The notes under the pieces are model-generated. The model ran no database searches. It saw nothing but the letters and a program-made list of their open reading frames with translations, and was not told where the DNA came from. A stretch of DNA of 64,000 bases from an uncultured Candidatus Saccharibacteria bacterium. GTDB lineage: Bacteria; Patescibacteriota; Minisyncoccia; Phycocordibacterales; UBA2100. The DNA lies in contig CAZPQI010000001.1 of NCBI GenBank assembly GCA_964589005.1, positions 67,675 through 131,674 of the forward strand, read 5' to 3'. Below are positions 60,273 through 64,000 of the stretch, piece after piece (the first letter of the stretch is position 1; each line of letters begins with the position of its first letter). The translations under genes and the position numbers were made by a program.

Positions 60273-60351
60273 TAAAACACATCTTTGTTATATCCGATTG
60301 AATATTTTTTATTATAAAACTCCAAAACCTCCAGTTAACTGGAGGTTTTGA
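60273..60351. repeat. Diverged copy of the inter-gene motif plus GTTAAC-centred hairpin
   Basis: TAAAACACATCTTTGTTATATCCGATTGAATATTTTT..AAAACCTCCAGTTAACTGGAGGTTTT. Confidence 0.75.
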
Positions 60352-60380
60352 GGTTTCTATATACAAGGGACGGCTCTTTG

Positions 60381-60926
60381 TCATGACTTATTGTCTTTAG
60401 GTTTTTTATTTGCATCTTCGATCCACTTCTGCATTTCAGTTCGAGTCATAATGCCATTAGCGGTACGTGCTTCATCAGTAACACCGGACTCTTCATCAGA
60501 GAGAATCTCTCGGAGAATTATATTTCCCTCTTCGTCTCTTCCCATCTGCGTTCCCCATTTCTGTTTTTCGTTTATTGAAAGCAAGTATCTATCCTCTGCA
60601 AGACACACAAAGTGCCGAGCAACCTCATATCCTCCGTCTACTGATTCCTGTGCGAGCTCTTGGGCTAATTGATAGTCTTTGGTTTTTTGTCCATGTTGGA
60701 ATAGTAAAGCAAGATGAAATAAACTCTTTGGTGAAAGAGGTGCCGTTTCCTTGTTTTCTACTATTTCTACCGCACGTGCGTATCGAACTTTATCACGTTC
60801 AAAGCAAAGTTGTGGATCTGTACTAAAAAGACCACTAGCCACTCTATCTCCCTGATCCTCCTCATACATCTTTTGTGTTTCTCGCTCGAGATCAGAAGTT
60901 ATTTCTGGTTCTTCAATTTCTTCCAT
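60381..60926 (-). CDS. Hypothetical protein
   Basis: ALLFQHG, AEDRYL, QKWGTQ motifs suggest a conserved family of unknown function. Confidence 0.65.
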   Translation of the reverse strand: MEEIEEPEITSDLERETQKMYEEDQGDRVASGLFSTDPQLCFERDKVRYARAVEIVENKETAPLSPKSLFHLALLFQHGQKTKDYQLAQELAQESVDGGYEVARHFVCLAEDRYLLSINEKQKWGTQMGRDEEGNIILREILSDEESGVTDEARTANGIMTRTEMQKWIEDANKKPKDNKS

Positions 60927-60972
60927 ACAACAATCTTACCTCCACACACCACCAAAACCAACTCCCTTCTCC

Positions 60973-61049
60973 TAAAACACATCTTTGGTGTGCTCGGTTG
61001 AATATTTTTGTTTGTAAAAAAATACCGCCGCCCGAGGTGGGCGACGGTA
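60973..61049. repeat. Diverged copy of the inter-gene motif plus hairpin
   Basis: TAAAACACATCTTTGGTGTGCTCGGTTGAATATTTTT..TACCGCCGCCCGAGGTGGGCGACGGTA. Confidence 0.75.
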
Positions 61050-61074
61050 AAATATAAATTTGTGGAAAATCTAG

Positions 61075-62016
61075 TTAGGCAATAATATTAAGTTTTTTCT
61101 CTTGTATACCTAACTTGATATATGTCCAAGCAGCTTCCGACGTTTGCCGATTAACAGAACCTCTTGCCGCGTCTTGCACAGTGGCGAACACAGAACCGCA
61201 ACTCTGTGTAGCAATTTCGTGCAGTTTCTTCCACGTCACTTCGTCCATTTCCATTGGACGGTGAGGGTCTGTAAGCATATTAAGACTCTCCGCTTGACAA
61301 ATCATTAATAAAACATTTGCCCGAGCATCCCCACAGACACGTAGTACCGATTCAACTATATGTGGATCAAGTAGCGAAGAAGATTTTAACGTAAGCGTTT
61401 CAAGCCCGTTACTCTTTGTTGGCTTCCACACCCAACGAACAAAAGACTCCCAAAAAGCAAACGTGACCGAAACGGCATGATCACTTCCAGAATTCTTCCA
61501 AGCTGGGCGCGGGATATTATAAGAACGTTCAGTTGGATCAAAAAACCACAGTAACTTTTCTAACAAAACAACACCGTAAGCGCCAGACTTTAAGAAGAGT
61601 TTCTCAAAATCATTACTGTGATTACACCCTTTGAAAAAATTTCTAGCAAGAGCGCGGTGTGCCTTTTTTACGACTGCTTGCAACGATTCGTGTTGTTCGC
61701 GAAGTCGAGAGTCCAGTCGACTGGATACACCAAACACGTCGTAGCCATTAGCAAGATCCAAGTAACGAATTATGCAATCAATTTCCAAATCACGTTTCTT
61801 ATCCCAATCGCTACCACTGAGCGTATTCATATCAAATCCTATATGGACTAATTCACTCACTTGCCATAGTGGAACCGGTTTTTGCAAAAGAACTTCATCC
61901 AAAGTTTCCCTCCACTGAGAGTACGTACATAGATGGCGGATATCACACCCATTAAGAGGATGTCCATCTTGAAGAATATTCGTATCTGCCATTTTTCTAT
62001 TCCCTTTTTGTTTCAA
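61075..62016 (-). CDS. Hypothetical protein
   Basis: Long ORF, no recognisable motif. Confidence 0.6.
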   Translation of the reverse strand: MKQKGNRKMADTNILQDGHPLNGCDIRHLCTYSQWRETLDEVLLQKPVPLWQVSELVHIGFDMNTLSGSDWDKKRDLEIDCIIRYLDLANGYDVFGVSSRLDSRLREQHESLQAVVKKAHRALARNFFKGCNHSNDFEKLFLKSGAYGVVLLEKLLWFFDPTERSYNIPRPAWKNSGSDHAVSVTFAFWESFVRWVWKPTKSNGLETLTLKSSSLLDPHIVESVLRVCGDARANVLLMICQAESLNMLTDPHRPMEMDEVTWKKLHEIATQSCGSVFATVQDAARGSVNRQTSEAAWTYIKLGIQEKKLNIIA

Positions 62017-62098
62017 GACCGAACCATTTACGATCTGTGCTTAGACTATGCTACTTTGAAATCCTTCTGTCAAGACTACTGCCAGAAACCAAATTTCA

Positions 62099-62276
62099 AA
62101 AAACACATGTCGTTGTGTCTGGGTGAATGTTTTTATTCTAAAAACCCAAAACAGACAGTTAACTGTCTGTTTATTCAAAATGCCCTAGGAGCCTCCTAGG
62201 GCATTTTGATTCCTCCCAATCTTCAACCTGCCTGCGCAGGCAGGTAATTATACGTTTACGTTTTTCGTCGATGGTG
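62099..62276. repeat. ~180-bp structured intergenic repeat, copy 2
   Basis: Near-identical to 59397-59577. Confidence 0.92.
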
Positions 62277-62292
62277 AGTTGAGGGTATTTTG

Positions 62293-62730
62293 CTAAGTGG
62301 ATATATTTTCTCGAATCCATTTCGCTAAATCTTTTTTAACTTCAAGAAAATCTTCTGACTTTGTTCGAGCTAACCAAAGCGCTTTATTGGTAAGTTCATC
62401 AGGATTTACAGTGAACCTTTGCTCATTAAGAGACAGGAACACCAAAAAAGAAATTGTAGACATGCGTTTATTACCGTTAGCAAATATCTGCCCTTTGCAA
62501 ATTGTGTAGAAAATAATAGCTGCCTTATCTTCAATATCTGGATACAACTCTGTACCGTAGGATGTGCGCTGAGGAACAGCAACAAGACGTTCTATTCCCA
62601 TATTATCTGCCAGTGAAAAATCTGGAATTGGCTCTCCTCTATCACCAGTCCAACTGGCGAGTAATTTATGGATACGCTTATAATCCTCTTTATCGAGATA
62701 CTGTATCTTTGACTTGTTCTCCCCGATCAT
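62293..62730 (-). CDS. Doc/Fic family toxin (motif variant)
   Basis: LYP.IEDKAA, GQIFANGNKR. Confidence 0.85.
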   Translation of the reverse strand: MIGENKSKIQYLDKEDYKRIHKLLASWTGDRGEPIPDFSLADNMGIERLVAVPQRTSYGTELYPDIEDKAAIIFYTICKGQIFANGNKRMSTISFLVFLSLNEQRFTVNPDELTNKALWLARTKSEDFLEVKKDLAKWIRENIST

Positions 62731-62842
62731 ATCGCGCCAAATCTTTAAAAGTCTTTTCGTATCGTTTTAATGCACTTTTACTCACACTTTTAATTGTGTG
62801 ATTCTGAACTGCTCTCTTTAGGATTTTTTTAATGGTGGTCAT
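62690..62842 (-). CDS. Small putative antitoxin for the Doc-like gene (50 aa, not in ORF track)
   Basis: MTTIKKILKRA..KRYEKTFKDLARYD..; overlaps the doc start. Confidence 0.6.
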   Translation of the reverse strand: MTTIKKILKRAVQNHTIKSVSKSALKRYEKTFKDLARYDRGEQVKDTVSR

Positions 62843-62925
62843 ATGAATGTATTAATAGTCATTATACACCAATCTAAAGCATTCAATCAACTAACACGAT
62901 GGATAGACACGTGTAAAACATACAC

Positions 62926-63010
62926 TTCAAAATGCCCTAGGAGCCTCCTAGGGCATTTTGACATCTTTCAATCTTCAATAATTATACGTGTACGTTTTTC
63001 GTCGATGGTG
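62926..63010. repeat. Partial third copy of the intergenic repeat, lacking the CCTGCC palindrome
   Basis: TTCAAAATGCCCTAGGAGCCTCCTAGGGCATTTTGA..TCTTCAATAATTATACG..TTTTCGTCGATGGTG. Confidence 0.85.
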
Positions 63011-63123
63011 AGCTGGGGTTTTTAACTTCTAAATATTCTGTGCCAAAACAAAAACCTTGCGATTAATCGCAAGGTTTTTGTTTTCATATTACCCAAGAGG
63101 GATCTCTTAAACTCATATACCAG

Positions 63124-63579
63124 ATGTTAATTGACTCATCGCTTAAAACGCGTCATCATCCTGCCAGAACAAAACAAATTGAAAACCAACTCATATGGAG
63201 GATATATATCATGAGTTTTTTACTTTTTGGAATAACTTTAGGAAAAAAGCCTACCTCACAGCCAACCGAACCAGATCCTTGGGAAGGCAGCTCTGGTACG
63301 CACGTTAGCGTCTACAAGTCAGAGATACAGAATATTGCAGACTTTCTGTCTGATGACACACGAAAGGTGCTCACACGATTCGTTCGAGAAGAGAAATGTG
63401 CGGAACTTTATGTGGAGGGTGATGCCGATGGTTATGGAATTATTGCAAAAATACACATACATGTATCCAAAGGTGTTCCATATGAAGCGGTCGTAAATCC
63501 CGTAAACCTTAAGAAATCTGAGGAAATGGCGTTCATTAACAAAATACCTCTCTCTGTCGAATTTAAACGAGATTCCTAA
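63124..63579 (+). CDS. Hypothetical protein (start probably ATG 63210 after GGAGG)
   Basis: ORF with SD. Confidence 0.55.
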   Translation: MLIDSSLKTRHHPARTKQIENQLIWRIYIMSFLLFGITLGKKPTSQPTEPDPWEGSSGTHVSVYKSEIQNIADFLSDDTRKVLTRFVREEKCAELYVEGDADGYGIIAKIHIHVSKGVPYEAVVNPVNLKKSEEMAFINKIPLSVEFKRDS

Positions 63580-63633
63580 AAATTGCGGTATTCCTAAATC
63601 TCTCAGAAGTATAAGACTACTTCTGAGAGATTT

Positions 63634-64000
63634 TTATTTTTTCTTTTCTTTTTGTTTTTCTTTCCACTCTTCGATATTTTTGTGATGACCTGAGAGCAAG
63701 ACACTGGGGACTTTATAATTTTTCCCTTTCCATTTTAATACTTCGGGTCGTGTGTATACTTCGGGGCTTGCGGTACGAGAATCCTCGAGTGACTCAACAT
63801 TACCAAGTACTCCAGGAACATTGCGTGTTATTGCGTCCGCAACCACAGCTGCGGGCAACTCGCCGCCAGTGAGTACATACGGGCCAATTGACACTGGTTT
63901 TGCTTTCAGTATTTTCACCACACGTGCATCGATTCCTTCGTAGTGGCCACAGAGAAATATGATGTGCTTTTTCTTTGCCGCAAGACGCACTGCATCTTTT
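63634..64000 (-). CDS. trmD: tRNA (guanine-N1)-methyltransferase, C-terminal part
   Basis: CGHYEGIDAR, SIGPYVLTGGE, YTRP, VPSVLLSGHH. Confidence 0.96.
   Translation of the reverse strand, partial: KDAVRLAAKKKHIIFLCGHYEGIDARVVKILKAKPVSIGPYVLTGGELPAAVVADAITRNVPGVLGNVESLEDSRTASPEVYTRPEVLKWKGKNYKVPSVLLSGHHKNIEEWKEKQKEKKK

Noticed and set aside
59397-63010. CRISPR array or classical integron
   Set aside because: Repeats are separated by whole genes, not 30-40 bp spacers. No cas or intI gene, and no attC core sites.
1-64000. Alternative genetic code (UGA=Gly, as in Gracilibacteria/Absconditabacteria)
   Set aside because: Long core genes are uninterrupted in code 11 and TGA serves as a stop (for example fmt and holB).

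Overview
64-kb window of a bacterial chromosome in standard code 11. Gene content (CPR-type PBP2 N-terminus, HTH-MurA fusion, degenerate PriA, short HolB, CCTGCCTGC palindromes) suggests Patescibacteria/CPR, probably Parcubacteria; this is an inference. The housekeeping backbone is pbp2-mreD-mreC-mreB-proS-rseP-frr, holB, a second mreB, murA, priA-def-fmt, hpf, typA, ung, hisS, uppP, malic enzyme, pyrB, rpoD-dnaG-rpoC-rpoB and trmD. Non-housekeeping highlights: (1) a complete diversity-generating retroelement at 45.8-48.3 kb. TR and VR are 116 bp with 10 mismatches, all at TR adenines. The avd-like gene lies antisense between TR and RT, and a 10-bp C/G homopolymer holds the nearest avd ATG one base out of frame. 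(2) A tRNA-Asn(GTT) gene with a 252-nt group I intron inside the anticodon, followed by a lone HNH gene bracketed by an 18-bp duplication of the tRNA 3' end, then a defence/TA-rich island. (3) An array of single accessory genes upstream of rpoB, separated by a recurring ~36-bp inverted-arm motif plus hairpins, which looks cassette-like but has no integrase or attC. (4) A SAM-I riboswitch-metK unit, a candidate operator for the HTH-MurA fusion, MITE-like elements and repeated perfect palindromes. All calls come from reading the sequence by eye; no database searches were run.
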